Source: Octopus vulgaris
Lineage: Eukaryota
Direction: 5' to 3'
NCBI GenBank assembly: GCA_951406725.2
Contig: OX597834.1
Location: 3,968,001-4,032,000, forward strand
Length of the DNA stretch: 64,000 nt
The translations under genes were made by a program, and so were the position numbers. The notes beneath the pieces are model-generated. The model saw only the letters and a program-made list of their open reading frames with translations. It was not told the DNA's origin and ran no database searches. The stretch's first letter is position 1. Each line of letters opens with the position of its first letter. Positions 1-13,038 of the stretch are shown piece after piece.

Positions 1-827
1 ACTCGAAAACCTATTCCCGCAAAATTTAATTAGGAAAACAAAAAGTTTTCGAAAAGTTACGAAGAAACAAAATCGGCGCATCGACCCATAGTTTTGCCAA
101 TAAACATAGAACGGTTTTATGATACAAAGAATCAATTCTGTTAATAGAATCTCTGAAAAATATTCCATAAAAAATACAAACCTTTAAAGGGAGGTGTGTC
201 GAGGAATTAGAGTGAGGGACGTAGGAGCGGTTGTTTCCCTTGGAATACAAACCTTGCACCACCTGCTAGAAATAGCAGCCAAATTTACCGTCAAACTACA
301 CCCTACTGTCTCAAAATAAAAGTTCGGACTACCCACAACATACCCCATACTATTTTACACGTGTAGTCTGGTCAGGTGAGAGGAGGAATGGTTATATCTA
401 GGAAAATAGATCTTGATTAACACCTCATCTCAGTTTCACTTTTGACCCGAATAATTCCGCTTTGTTTCCTTTCTAGTTTGACCGCGATTTTGTACAAGGA
501 AAGATATTTTAATTTCTTTTTTCTTCCAATTCATGTTGCCACCTGTCTTCGAAATGTTTAAGAGGAATAGGTAGTGACTCGATGGTACCATAGCATTTTA
601 AAAGAAATTTCCTATCACCTTTACCTGTTGCTTAATTAAGGTAAGGCGTGATGCGATCAAACTCAGAAATGAAATGACACTAAAATGTTGTATTTTTTTC
701 TATAAAACTGAAATATTATTTCGATATTGTTTGGATATAGAAAAAATGGCTGGCCTTTTTACATGGCAAAGCACCCGAGACAACAATTGCCATCATTGAT
801 TGCAAGGGATTATGTCGCACAAGATAT

Positions 828-891
828 TTGTGCATGGCCTAGTGTTTGCAGCGTTGCACACCGGATCGTGGGTTCGATTCCCGCACCGGAC
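828..891 (+). mobile_element. tRNA-derived SINE head fragment
   Basis: A-box-like TGGCCTAGTG and B-box GGTTCGATTCC, but no complete cloverleaf; followed by a T run. Confidence 0.5.
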
Positions 892-1749
892 TTTTTTTTT
901 TTTTTTAATCAAAACACTTCATTTTACCGTTGCCCCGCGATCATTTCGGCGTCAGACATGTGGCACTCGGTGCCCCTGTAGAGGCAGAGTTGATTTGATG
1001 GATAGATTGTTTTTTTATGTGCAATATAAACACCTAATCATTATCAACAGTCACCTGTGCAGGTTTTTCAGTTATAAAATGCAGAACCGTCTTTCTTGGG
1101 CTCGAAAGACTACCATTTTAGGTTGTTTATTTTTTGCTTTGTTTTACTTTTTTAAGCATCGTTGGTGTTTAATTCATAATTCAGAGGTATTCTCTGAGGA
1201 ATCGGTGGAGAATCGTCAAACATTGCCCAGTAAAGTTTATGTCTTTGTGGGTAGCAGCAGCAGCAACATACATTCAACAGTAGGGTCCTTGGCTAATCCT
1301 TAGATTTTGCTTCATTATTAAAAAGATTATAATGAAATATATCAAAAGTATTTTATTTAAGAAAACTGGATTTTATAATTACCATTTTGTAACATTACGT
1401 TTGGGCTTCGATTCATTTCAAAAAATTCTTGCATCTTTATTTCACCAAATTACGATACCTTTTGATTTCGGTAGTTTCACTTTCGGATCATTAAACGAAA
1501 CATCGCCTCTACTCTTTCCTTCTTTCTTTCTCCCCTCCCCCTACCGACTGCATTAAGCAATGTATACTATATTTTCAAATTTCAAGGAAATGTAGCTGCT
1601 ACTTCTTGCCAACATAGGCGCTTAGTTGTTTCTTCGTTAATTAACCCCGATAAAACAAACAGATGTGATTTGAAGAAATTTGGCTGCTATTTCTATTTGA
1701 GTCAGCGACTACATGGTAGCTGTCACGGTGACTCGTGAAGGCTTTGCGA

Positions 1750-3215
1750 AAAGTTAATCCTTCCTTAGAAAAAAAAGGAAGTGAAGGTTAGAAACTGGGG
1801 GGAGTGGGGTGGAATTTCGTCCTACGCGGGTACATGCATGTGCCAGGGTGCCCTTGGTAGCAGGCAGGAGTGATGAAAGGGTTTTTTGTGGACAATTAGT
1901 GAGGCGTATGTATGTGTATAGCAGTATGTTTAAGTACTTGGTGTTGCTTAGTGTGAGTGACTAAATGTTTTGGGGATGCGTGTAGGATGGTGGGAGAGAA
2001 TGTACAATTCAAAGTGTGGCATGGAAGGAAAGCCTAGGAACAAATTCCAAGATAGTAAATGACCAAGATATTAAAAGTCCAAGAAGATATACTATACCTC
2101 AAAAGAAGGTTAGAAAGAACATTTTTCTTTTAAATGTTGGAAGATAGAAAGGTTTGAGTGGTGGATTGGAGTGATACAAAATGGCTGGAAAGGAAAGAAA
2201 GCTGGGACAAAGGGAAGGACGGGGCTAAAGAAGATGGACATGATCTAAGTGGTTATAGAGTCGGTAGAGGTCAAGCAATCGACAGACAGGTGGAAAAGAA
2301 AGCAGGGTGTGATTCAAAGGTGCAAATCAAAATTCCTCACAAGACAGTAGATGTGTGTGTCCGTTTGCTGATTTGGATGTGTGTGTAGCTCAGTGACAAA
2401 AATGGTTGGTGAAGGAAGATGTCTACATAAGTGAAAGTTGTGTGTCTATATAAGAGGGACAGGCGGCAAGCTGGCAGAAACATTAGAGCGCCGGGCGAAA
2501 CACTTAGCGGTATTTCGTCTGTTGTTATGTTCTGAGTTCAAATTCCGCCGAGGTCGACTTTGCCTTTCATCCTTTCGGGGTCGATAAATAAAGTACCAGT
2601 TTTGCACTGGGGGTCAATGTAATCGACTTAATCCCTTTGTCTACCCTTGTTTGTCCCCTCTGTGTTTAGCCCCTTGTGGGTAGTAAAGAAGTATATATGA
2701 GAGGGACGGTCAAGATCGGCCGGATAATGGAGCCAGTATGTAAAAATGATTAGCCTAAAACTGGAGCCGGATGAAGGGTGCAAAGAGGAACACAAGTGGG
2801 ATTCTTTAATAGGCAGTAGGGAAACTGGTGAGGAAGGACTGGTTCAAAAGATATCTAACGTGTCTGTTCTCTCTAGACACAAGAGGTTGGACACCAAACT
2901 GAATCAAGAGAGGCCTTTGGTTAAAGTGATCAGAATGGAAATTTTAAGTGACAAATGGTCTTTCACAAAGTTAGGTGTATTCTGAGGTTCACTGCAAACT
3001 GGATGAATAGTTGACAGTCAGTTTACATAATTTAGATAGAATTGCAAAAGGAGGAACTGGAGTACATAGACCATGTTGGAAGAATTTTCAAAAGGGTTGG
3101 CATATACAACCTGATCACCTCTGCCGATCAAACTCCCAACCCATGCGCTCCCGTCTGGACACTGATTCTGCAGAATTAGGTTGGGGTATGAAAACCAACT
3201 TTAAAGTATAAATAT
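1750..3215 (-). mobile_element. possible highly decayed Penelope-like retroelement remnant, interrupted by a SINE
   Basis: Only scattered peptide hints on the minus strand (G.MG..YAN-like near 3.1 kb, RIPLV near 2.8 kb); no open frame. Confidence 0.2.
2462..2690 (+). mobile_element. tRNA-derived SINE family A (Meta/MESC-like core), near full length
   Basis: Head GGCGGC.AGCTGGCAGAA, B-box GAGTTCAAATTCC, core GCCTTTCATCCTTTCGGGGTCGATAAA..AAGTACCAG; near-identical copies at 31637 and 35102. Confidence 0.85.
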
Positions 3216-3239
3216 TGATGTTTTTGAATCAGCAATGTT

Positions 3240-3715
3240 GTGTCCTATTTGGAGTGAAAAATCAATTAACTGATTCCTAATGGGGTTTTCTAATTAATGA
3301 GGAGAAAAAAAAATCAAAAAAAAAAAAAAAAAAAAATCGACAAACCGATTCCTTATAGGACTTCCCACTAAAATTGGCTACACCCCATTCTCAACCATAA
3401 CTTTTACCAATTTTGATGTATTTTGTTCAAACTTGATGCCAGCATTACTTGGGACTCATGGGATCTTTGAATGCTTTAAGTTCTCCAAAAATGAAATAAA
3501 AAAATTCGATGAGTAGAAAAATAATCGATAAACCGATTCCTTATGGGATTTCCCAATCAAATTGTCAGCAACTCATTTTCAGCCAAAAGTTTACCAATTT
3601 CAATGGATTTCGCTTAAATTTGACGTCAATGTTACTTAGATTGGTTTGAAATAATGAGCTTGATTAGCTTAATAATCCTAACTTAATCCCAAGCAAAGCC
3701 GGGCTATACTGCTAG
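3240..3715 (+). mobile_element. non-autonomous Helitron-like element, 3' part with an internal ~180 bp duplication
   Basis: Ends with a CCC..GCAAAGCCGGG hairpin followed by CTAG|T; AAACCGATTCCTTAT.GGA.TTCCCA occurs twice (about 3342 and 3531). Confidence 0.6.
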
Positions 3716-3759
3716 TATATATATATATATAGAATGGTTGTATACAGTCAATCTAACGT

Positions 3760-3990
3760 GAACGTGACAGTAGGGGGTTACACCACCACTGTTTAGCCCG
3801 AGGAAGCATCGACGCCTCCTGATGGCTTTGACACATTTTTCCTGTGTCCTTATATATTTACGAAGGGGAGACAAACACCCCCAGCAGCCAGGCCTGCATC
3901 TAGAGACACGCATGTTTCAGGGTCTTTGTCCATCATCGGTCTAGAGTAGCAGGCGCCTGTCAGCCGTGGATATCTGTCCCGATTCGCAAA
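3760..3990 (-). mobile_element. short non-coding element with a hammerhead motif, related to the 41343-41651 element
   Basis: Shares the block order TTTAGCCC.AGGAA.GCATC / GACAC / TGTGTCC.TA / AAGG..AGA / hammerhead with the 41.5 kb element. Confidence 0.55.
3899..3945 (-). ncRNA. type I hammerhead ribozyme motif (U4C core variant, decayed stem II)
   Basis: Minus strand reads TCTAGA-CCGATGA-TGGACAAAGACCCT-GAAA-CA-TGCG-TG-TC-TCTAGA: 6-bp stem I, stem III and a GUC site. Confidence 0.65.
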
Positions 3991-5264
3991 GGTATATATC
4001 TAATTTCAGTGAAGTTTATTCACTGATTACCAAAATCAGAAATATTAGATGGTAACAAAATGTCTTCATTATGGGATGTGTAAATTAATTGAACAGGGAA
4101 TCGTTTGGCAATATACATAATACACAGTACTAAAACAGAAACAAACAACATCAATGAACCTAAAATACATCAACAAAACTGACATTAAGAAACCCAATTT
4201 TATAAACAACTATTCATTTGTCAGCCTTTATAAAAAGAGATATGGCTGGGTTGAAATTTATATGGTTCTTGTGTGAAGTAAATTGCCTTGAATTCAAATT
4301 TACCTGGTTGATTGCAGATATGGCTTGATCATAGGAAGAAGGGAAGCTTCAAATCAAAAATATAGTATGACCTTTGTTTGAAACAAAAATTAAAGAATTT
4401 TGTTTTCAAGGAAGCAATGGTCCGAACAAAAAGAACTGAACTGCTAGCAACTTGTATGCACTGAGCTAAATATCTTTTGTATAAGTATCAGTCTCTCAGA
4501 CTTTCCACTTGGTTTGGCAATAAAAATATTGATTTCAAAATATTTCAAAAACTTGTATTTAAAATATTGCTTACAACAATGCAGTTTCATAAGGAGTTCT
4601 CAGAATGACCTCACTTGCATGGCATTTAAGACATTTGGTGTATTCCCACAAAAGACAATATTCCCACAAAAGATATAGAAATGAAATGAAATGCTAGAGC
4701 TTGAAGCAGCTTCTTTTACAGGTATTCTTCACATGATTCCTTTGAAGGAAAAAAGAAAAGCATTTTCTTGATAACTTGTGTACATATCAAAATATAATCA
4801 AAGAGATAATTCGATTCTAACGTACAAAAGAGTATTCTACAGTTATGTATTGAGTTCGTTAATTTATCGATTTTCTGTGAATAAAAAGAAATTTACGTTT
4901 ATATGAGGAATGGATTTTAAAACAAAGTAGTTTCAAGAAGTGTGGAGGTTGACTGGTGATGTACAATGGATATGGAATAAGGGCAGGTTCTGGTTCCATA
5001 TGAACACTACAGGTGAATATGAGTGAAGTTAGAAGAGTGGAGCAATGTATGTTAGGAATATGAGGAGGTTTGACAGGCAGAGAGAGAGAGAGGGACTGGG
5101 TGCAAGAGCAGGGCCCATACATACACATTCACACACACACACACTGGTTTTTATATATACAAAGGCACTGGCGATGAAAGCTGGTGCTATGGCTACGACC
5201 CAGAAACGAAGCAGCAATTAAGTCAATGGAAGAATTCAATGTCACCACACCCACAAAAATTGAC

Positions 5265-5430
5265 ATTTCGTTCATCTTTACGTTCTGAGATCAAATTCCA
5301 CCAAAGTCGACTTTGCCTTTCATTCTTTCAAGGTCGATAAAATAACAGTTGAACACTGGGATTAATGTTATCAATTCACCCTTTCCCCTGAAATTGCTGG
5401 CCTTGTGCCAAAATTTGAAACCAATATTTA
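5265..5430 (+). mobile_element. SINE family A, diverged partial copy
   Basis: GTCGACTTTGCCTTTCATTCTTTC core as in the copy at 2462. Confidence 0.7.
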
Positions 5431-6053
5431 TTGATTATCACATAACTCTCCAATGATATGTTTTGAGTGAACAGACCATAAAAAAGTTATAAATTATTAC
5501 TTTTATGAGAAAGACTATGATTTTGAAGTTAGTTTGTTAAGTGCTACAAATGAACCTCTCAGTAAATCGGTTCTTTCGTAATTTTCTGCCGATTTAAAAA
5601 AAATCATTAAAATACATACACGAACACATATAGTCATATAAATGTATACACACACATACATACATATAGATGTGGCTAGCTAGGGGTTTGTATCGAATGC
5701 TACACAAGTAAGCAATACACAGGGGTATTATCCAATCCAAACCAACATTACATATATATATATACACACACACATACATACACATATGTATACACACAGT
5801 GAATTTGAACTAGAACTACTTGGGAAAGTAATAACCTGTCCAAATCGTGCAAGCATGAAAAGCGGTTTGTAAAACGATGATGATCTTTAGACAGACAGAC
5901 AGATATACACATGCCTATATACATGCATAGGCACGCACACACACACACACACATCCATCCACACATACATTTTCATAAAATTTATCAAAAAAATAAAAAG
6001 AACTGCTGAAATATTTTATAGACATATTTATTATTATTTTTTGTATATCGGAC

Positions 6054-6055
<2 letters not shown>

Positions 6056-6103
<48 letters not shown>
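6056..6103. repeat. (TA)n microsatellite, representative of many (also about 12625, 13665, 39230, 43460, 48820, 48960, 52755)
   Basis: Direct reading of the sequence. Confidence 0.95.
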
Positions 6104-6106
<3 letters not shown>

Positions 6107-7320
6107 TTATTTGATTTTGCAGAATATTTGACAATTCTGACATTAAAAAAAAATTTAGACTGATACATGCATTGTGGGAGGAGGCCTGGAAGCAGTAGAG
6201 GAAAGCTATAAATATTTGCATTAATCCTGTGATCCAATAAATAACTACAAAATAAAGTGGGGATGTGTGGGGGACTGAGCAACTGATGGTGGATGTGGAA
6301 ATGCATTTAGACACGTTGGAATCATTTGATTTAGTCAAGCCATATAAACTATTCTTATAACCAGAAAGTATATGACCCCAGTTAGATAACTTGTACAGAT
6401 TTTCTTAAACCAGAAAAGGGGAGAAGTAATGCCAACCATGGCAGGACCGCAACTCTGAACTGGAAGAGAAAAAATGAAATCAAGCAAAGTAATTTGTCCC
6501 AAAACTGTGGCCTTCGCTATAACCACTGCCTTTATTAACAACAATAACAACTTGTAAAATATGCTAGCACAAGGTCAGAAATTTGTAAGGGAAGGAATCT
6601 ATCACCTGAATCAACTCGGGTGAGATAAAGGAAAACAATTAATCCAGGCTGGATTTAAACACAGAATGCATCAGGACGGAATTAAATAGTTAAAGGCATA
6701 TAATCTATTTCTGTCGATCCACTGATGTTTTACTACAACAAAAATGCACTCTTATTTAGGCAAATGAAATTGTGTCACATATATGCATTTTCCAAGAGTG
6801 GTAATTGATTTCTTATATTGACAGTGACATAGCAAAGGTGCACAGTGCCGTGGAGCGAAGACCCCTTTGGCATTCCCATCATAATTAACAAGTATGATAA
6901 GTCATAGGAAATTTTGAGCCTTTTCACATTTGTACTTAAAGAATAGGTGGGACTGTTTTCACTCCTAATTCTCTTGTTACACCTTGGGTATAAAGCCTCA
7001 AGTTTGAAAGGAATTATTACGGACAGCTTTATCGACCACAGAAAGTTTTTATTTTATCAAATCTCCAACGTATCAGAAGCAACATGATAAGGAGAATGAT
7101 AATTTCTAACTTAGATTCAAGGTCAAGAAATATGGGAGAGGTGAGATGTTGATTTAAATCAAGGATTCAGGTTTACCAACGCTGGAAGGATGATACACCA
7201 AGTGAGTCTTGAGTTTTTAACTCTGAATGCATATGGACATAAAAATATTGCAGAGTAATTTGTTTGTTACTCTATTGATTTGCCAGTCCTCTGTTCCAAC
7301 AACAACAACAACAACATATA

Positions 7321-7814
7321 TAGATGTTTTCGATCTAATTTGGATTGTTTGCTTTGCAATCAATGCTCAAGCCTTGAAAAAAGAGAGTTAAACTACATCA
7401 GCCGTAAGGAAATACATGTCTATCTTATCTAACTCGTCCAGTAGAGCCCACCAATTTATATCTGAAAAGTTCGATGAAATAACTCATGAACACTGGCGAT
7501 AGCTTCTACCAAAAGATGCTCTGTTCTGAACCGGTCTGAACAAGGGGAGATAATAAACGAATGATTCTTTTTCTATTATCTCCCCTTGTTCAGACCGGAG
7601 CATCTTTTGGTAGAAGCTATCGCAGTGTTCCTGAGTTATTTCATCGAACTTTTCAGATATCAATTGGTGAGCTCTACTGGACGAGTTAGATAAGATAGAC
7701 ATGTATTCCCTTACGGCTGATGTAGTTTAACTATCTTTTTTTTTCAAGGCTTGAGCACCAATTAAAAAATTCAAATTTGATGGCAAAGAATCCAAATTAG
7801 ATCGAAAACATCTG
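7321..7814. mobile_element. ~490 bp fold-back (palindromic) element, MITE-like
   Basis: Arms 7321-~7555 and ~7573-7814 are reverse complements with few mismatches and indels; termini TA-(T)AGATG...CATCTG-TA. Confidence 0.8.
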
Positions 7815-8348
7815 TAATATAGATATATATATATATATTCACACACACAAATAGTGATACAGTACTCTCCATGAATTTTCTTTCGCAAGATCTAGGCATG
7901 ACGATAAGATGTTAAGTGTGTGTATGTGTTGTGTGTTATCACTTTTCCATGCTTGCATAGATGAGATAAAATTCACTGAGGGAGATTTTGTACGACTGGA
8001 TGCTCTTCCTGTCATCAACTTTCACCTATTTACAAACAACCTAATATTTCCCTCGACCTTTGAACATGAGCAATAAAATGGCCTTCACAGGAGATAGCAA
8101 CGAAAAACATTTGTATGACGGTGGCATATATGATAGCAAGATGAAAGAAAATAAACACACACACACAACAGGCTTTTTTAGTTTCTGTCCACCAAATCTA
8201 CTCATGATATTTTGATCAGCCCAGGACTGTACAAAAAGACACTTGCCTAAAATGCCATGCAGAAGAACTGAACTTGTAACCACAGAGTTGGAAAGCAAAC
8301 TTACTTGACCACACAGCCATGATTGCTTCCAAACACACAAACGTATAT

Positions 8349-8764
8349 CTCTTTTACTCTTTTATTTGTTTCAGTCATTTGACTGCGGCCATGCTGGAGC
8401 ACCGCCTTTACTCAAGCAAATCGACCCCGGGACTTATTCTTTGTAAGCCTAGTACTTATTTTATCGGTCTCTTTTTTGCCGAACCGCTAAGTTACGGGGA
8501 CGTAAACACACCAGCATCGGTTGTCAAGCGATGTTGGGGGGACAAACACAGACACACAAACACGCACATACATATATATATATATATATATAGATATATA
8601 CGACGGGCTTCTTTCAGTTTCCATCTACCAAATTCACTGACAAGGCTTTGGTCGACCCGAGGCTATAGTAGAAGACACTCACCCTAGGTGCCACGCAGTG
8701 GGACTGAACCCGGAACCATGTGGTTCGTAAGTAAGCTACTTACCACACAGCCACTCCTACGCCT
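8349..8764 (-). mobile_element. tRNA-derived SINE family B (octopus OR-type), full length
   Basis: Minus-strand head GGCGTAGGAGTGGCTGTGTGGTAAG, B-box GGTTCAGTCCC, tail GACTGAAACAA.TAAAAGAG; near-identical copies at 24815, 47043 and 49670. Confidence 0.85.
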
Positions 8765-9295
8765 ATATATATATGGTACTGCTCTATTCAATTTACCAAC
8801 AACTCACAGTAATTTTTTTCATGGCACCAGAAGAGTTGCCTTGTGGTACACAAAGTGAAAGGAAGAAACAAATTTATTATAGTGGAGAGAATAGCAGGGG
8901 GGGATAATGGAGGAAAGAGGGAAGACAGGAAGGAAAAGAGTAATGTCAGGGACCAATATAGAAGACAGCAGGAGACAAAGTGGTGAGGTGGATTGAATAA
9001 GTGGATCCAGTAATAAGACAAGCTGGTTGGCTTTCCATACTTGCATGGGTTGGGCAGTTTGGTCAAGGATCCATGTCAATTCTTATTGGAGTTATCATAG
9101 GTTTATCACTGAAAGACGGAATTGAGGGACAGACTAACAGAGACAGTGCTTGGGAAGTGCATAATAGTTGAGAGAGGGAAGAAGTAGTGCCAGGGAGAGA
9201 GAGAGACAGAAACAGAGAGAGAGTTAGAGAATGATGAAGATGGGGAGGTAGGTTGAGTAGCAAGAGGGGTACTTGTAACACATGCTATATAAGGG

Positions 9296-9650
9296 TGGGA
9301 TGGAACCTACACTTGCCTCCTTATGAGAGCTCAAAACCTCGTGGAAGCGTCATCCAACAAAAGGACAAATATATGGGAAATTACCACCTGTATCATCTCT
9401 TGTGAAAGGTAGAAGAAGTCCAGTTTGCTGGACATTGTTGTAGAGCTGAAAACGAGGTAATTTCTACTCATCTCCTCTGGAAGCCATCTGCTCGCGATAC
9501 CAGAGGGTGCATACTCTCCTACCCTGATGTAATCTCCAGGGATACAGGCATCCAGCAACAAGGACCTCCGTAATGCTATAATGGACTGTGAAGTCTGGCG
9601 TAGCATGGTAAATTCCATTGTCTCAACCACGGTCAAACAATGATGATGAT
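9296..9650 (+). mobile_element. RTE-like LINE 3' end, frameshifted
   Basis: Same family as 37960-38370; (TGA)n tail. Confidence 0.8.
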
Positions 9651-11454
9651 AAGGGTGGGTAGTAGTGTATGGGGGAGAGGTTATGTGATGAAGAGGAATC
9701 AGAGCATGTCCTCAAGGTAACATGTCTAAGAGAGTGTTAGAACAGAAAAATCAGGGAGGGTGGTTAAAGATTGCCAGAGTGCAATCCTTGCTCGCTCAAA
9801 CTTCAAACTTCAGAAAGCTGGAGCAAGGAGGGGCCAAAAGATATGAATGGTTAAGGTAGGGGTTAGGGATATTTATAAATATCTGAATATATAGAAATAC
9901 TTAAATACACACATTCACACACATAAATACGTTAATGCTTGATTTTATGCCAAGTAACAACCCTCAACATGAATCTGATGGATTGCTCAAAGCTTTTTAG
10001 AATACAGGTTTATTAAACTTTTACACAGAAAAGGTTGACAATGGAGTTTCAGCTTGCTCACCAACAGGTATGGTCAGCTCACCAACAGGTAAGGTCAGCT
10101 ATGCCTCACCTCCTTTCAAGGATGAAAAGAAGTACCAATTCAGGATGAGAGACTATTGGAAATTGCAAAGAAATCAGACCAGATGCCTTGTAGTATTTGT
10201 TTCTGATCTTCCTGTTCTGAGATCAAATCCTGCCATAGCCTAATTGGGTGGTAGACTTAATCAGTTGCACAATTAAGACCACCACCACCTAATACTATGG
10301 ATACCTTTGGTCTGCTCTATTGCAAGTAGTCTCTACTTTGAGGACATCTTCCCCGCCGTCACTAGTCATGGGGTGATTAAAAGGTCTTGGGCAGAACCTA
10401 CCCACTTGACTTTAAAAAAATTTTTTAAAAAGACACAAATTTGAACAGGTTCGACTGACTTTTGGAAGAGTTTTCCCTTACGATTATTTCCTTCTTTCGT
10501 TTCTTTTTTATTTAGATGTTTTGGACAACAGTGATGAACTGTTTTTGTTTTTCTTTCTTTTTTCTTTTCAAAATTTCATTCTTTCACATTTTTGGCCCCA
10601 TTTTTGGCCCCATTTCAGTCTGGTCCCCTTTTGTTGGAAGAACTGGATTTTTCTTCCTTTTGTGGTATTCTTATGGTTGGAACTATTGAAATGTCCATTC
10701 TTTAAAAATAGAACAATTGTAATTTCATTCTTTCATATTCTACCCTCCATCCACCCCCACCCCCCAGTACCCTCATAATTTTCCAGAGGTTCTCTCCTGG
10801 ACAAAGTACATACTCAACACATCCTAAACACTGGCATTTCTCATTGGAGTCAAACAATATTTCAAATCCTGACAACTTCTGGCACACTACAAATATCAGT
10901 GGGGTATGTAACGACTCCATTATGCACCCACAATCTGAACTGCCCCTGAGAAGGGCCCCTCTAGTGATTTGCCTTAAGATCAGATGGATATGCTGCGGCC
11001 CATGTGCCCAAGCATGCTCTTTCTCTCTCTCTCTCTCTCTCTTTTGTATCACTACCGTAATGGCCCTTGTTCCTTGGAGGAAACTGGTTTTATAGCTTTC
11101 CATGGGTGATGGGAGATGGGGTGGTTAAAATGTCAAGAAATAGAATTTTGGAAACTTTTTTTTTATAGAATAATCCCAGTTGCCCAACAAAAGACTGGGA
11201 GTAAAACCAGACCAAAGTTCTGGAGTTGAGGCAAAAATGTGATAAAATGGATTTTTCAAAAGAAGTAAAAGAGGAGAATTATGAAGTGTATAAAAATATG
11301 GCTTTTGTTGAAATATCGAAATAAAAAGAAATTATTGCTTTGACATTTTTAATTAAAATACTTAGATTATTAAAATGTTTTGGTTTTTTTAAAAAATCTT
11401 ATAATAGACAAGCTTTTCAAATGAAAGCATAGCTCACTTGTACATCATTGGTCC

Positions 11455-11675
11455 TTAACCATTAACACTTAAATCAGCCACATCTGATCCAAATATCCCA
11501 CCTACCCTACAATGCCATATCTGGCCTCTCACACCTACTCTACAATGCCATTCCAAAATTATACACTGACATCAGCGAAATCGCAATGCTAAGAAGATAA
11601 TGCACGATTAATTCAAGACAGTTTGAATAAATAAGGACTACATTTGATAGAGTAAGCGGAATGCTAAAGGTTTAA
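11455..11675 (+). mobile_element. piggyBac-type MITE, diverged copy
   Basis: Homologous to 31176-31397; decayed TTAA-CC and AAAGG-TTTAA ends. Confidence 0.6.
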
Positions 11676-12621
11676 TTAATGTTTTTTTTTTAAATGTTTT
11701 TAATTAAATAAATTTAAATGGTCATCAAAATATTTCATTTATCCTTGTAATACTTGTTACTTTTAAAATGAAAATATTTTTTCTCCCTGAAATAAATACT
11801 ATTTCATTTTCATTTTAACACTTAGAGAAAACCACAATATTTACTTAATGTATTCTTATACTTTATACATGTATACGACACCCAAATATAAAAAAATATG
11901 CTGCAATTCTCTACATTTCCTTGAGAAAAATTTTTCTTATCAGAATGGTAAATTAGAAACTCATTTCGAAAAGTAAACAGAAAAATTATTTGTAAGTTTT
12001 CAGAAAAGAAATTTATGAATGAAGATGTCTGGCTATTGCAATGATATACAAAAATCGAAAGGTCGCTAGCTCTGAGGTACCTTCACAAGGTAAATGGATT
12101 TTGCACTTACATAAAATTACTTAGCTGATGTAAATGTCACACGATGGGGCCTCACTGTGGTTGCCCAATCTGCTAGAAAGTGGGGCCAAAGCTATTTTTA
12201 ACAACATTAATGGACAAATGTTCTGATACAATCACACACTTCCATATTAAATAACACAACAGCATAAATACAAACAACATCTTGAAAGGTAAGACAAAAA
12301 TAGGGGATTCTAGACGTTTAAAACAAAAACAAAAGAAAGTCAACATCAAAATTTGTTTTCCCAAAACATGAGTAGACAAGAAGTAAAGATCACAGTCGAG
12401 ATGCTACCATTTGATTTGTTGGAAGAAGATGATGGCCTTGCAGAAGCCTTCAAAACGGACGCTTGAAAATCAAGTTGTTTCTGAAGCTATATTCAAATTG
12501 GAATCATTAGAGTTTTTGCAATATTGGTTTTAGACCAAACTTGACTGCCCCAAAGATTTGCTGACATAGAAATACAGGACCCTGTTTTATGATCACTTGC
12601 TCCTACAAGATACATACACAG

Positions 12622-12660
<39 letters not shown>

Positions 12661-12662
<2 letters not shown>

Positions 12663-13038
12663 GCTTGCAAAGACCTGTTGAGAGCAAGTGAAATCGAAAT
12701 CGATCAAAAAATCAATGGAAATTGTAGTTGTGATACCAGAGCTGGTGGCACATAAAGAGCACCATCCAAACATGGCTGTTGCCAGCGCCTCCTCGACTGG
12801 CTTCCGTGCCAGTGGCACGTAAAAAACACCAGCCGATTGTGGCCATTGCCAGTGGCACGTAAAAAGCACCCACTACACTCACGGAGTGGTTGGCGTTAGG
12901 AAGGGCATCCAGCCGTAGAAACACTGCCAGATCCGACTGAAACCTGGTGCAGCCTCCTGGCTTCCCAGACCCCGTCAAACCGTCCAACCCATGCTCGCAT
13001 GGAAAACGGACGTTAAACAATGATGATGATGATGATGA
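12661..13038 (+). mobile_element. SINE-like repeat family C with (TGA)n tail
   Basis: GGCGTTAGGAAGGGCATCCAGC...CCAACCCATGC...GGAAAACGGACGTTAAAC(ATG)n; about ten copies in the window. Confidence 0.85.

Noticed and set aside
828-891. tRNA gene
   Set aside because: A and B boxes are present but the acceptor and anticodon arms do not form; treated as a SINE head
800-1303. 167-aa plus-strand ORF
   Set aside because: Runs through a SINE head and a T run, has no recognisable domain and starts at a non-ATG codon
10400-11450. Unusual homopolymer-rich unique sequence and ORFs 10521-10778 and 10702-11103
   Set aside because: Many lengthened runs and local stutters suggest UTR-like or poorly polished sequence; peptides are low-complexity and have no splice support
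12346-12602. Coding last exon of the MAP7 gene
   Set aside because: In the required phase 2, the acceptors at 12602 and 12480 give a stop within 0-3 codons, and the 12602 site resembles nearby repeat sequence; left unresolved
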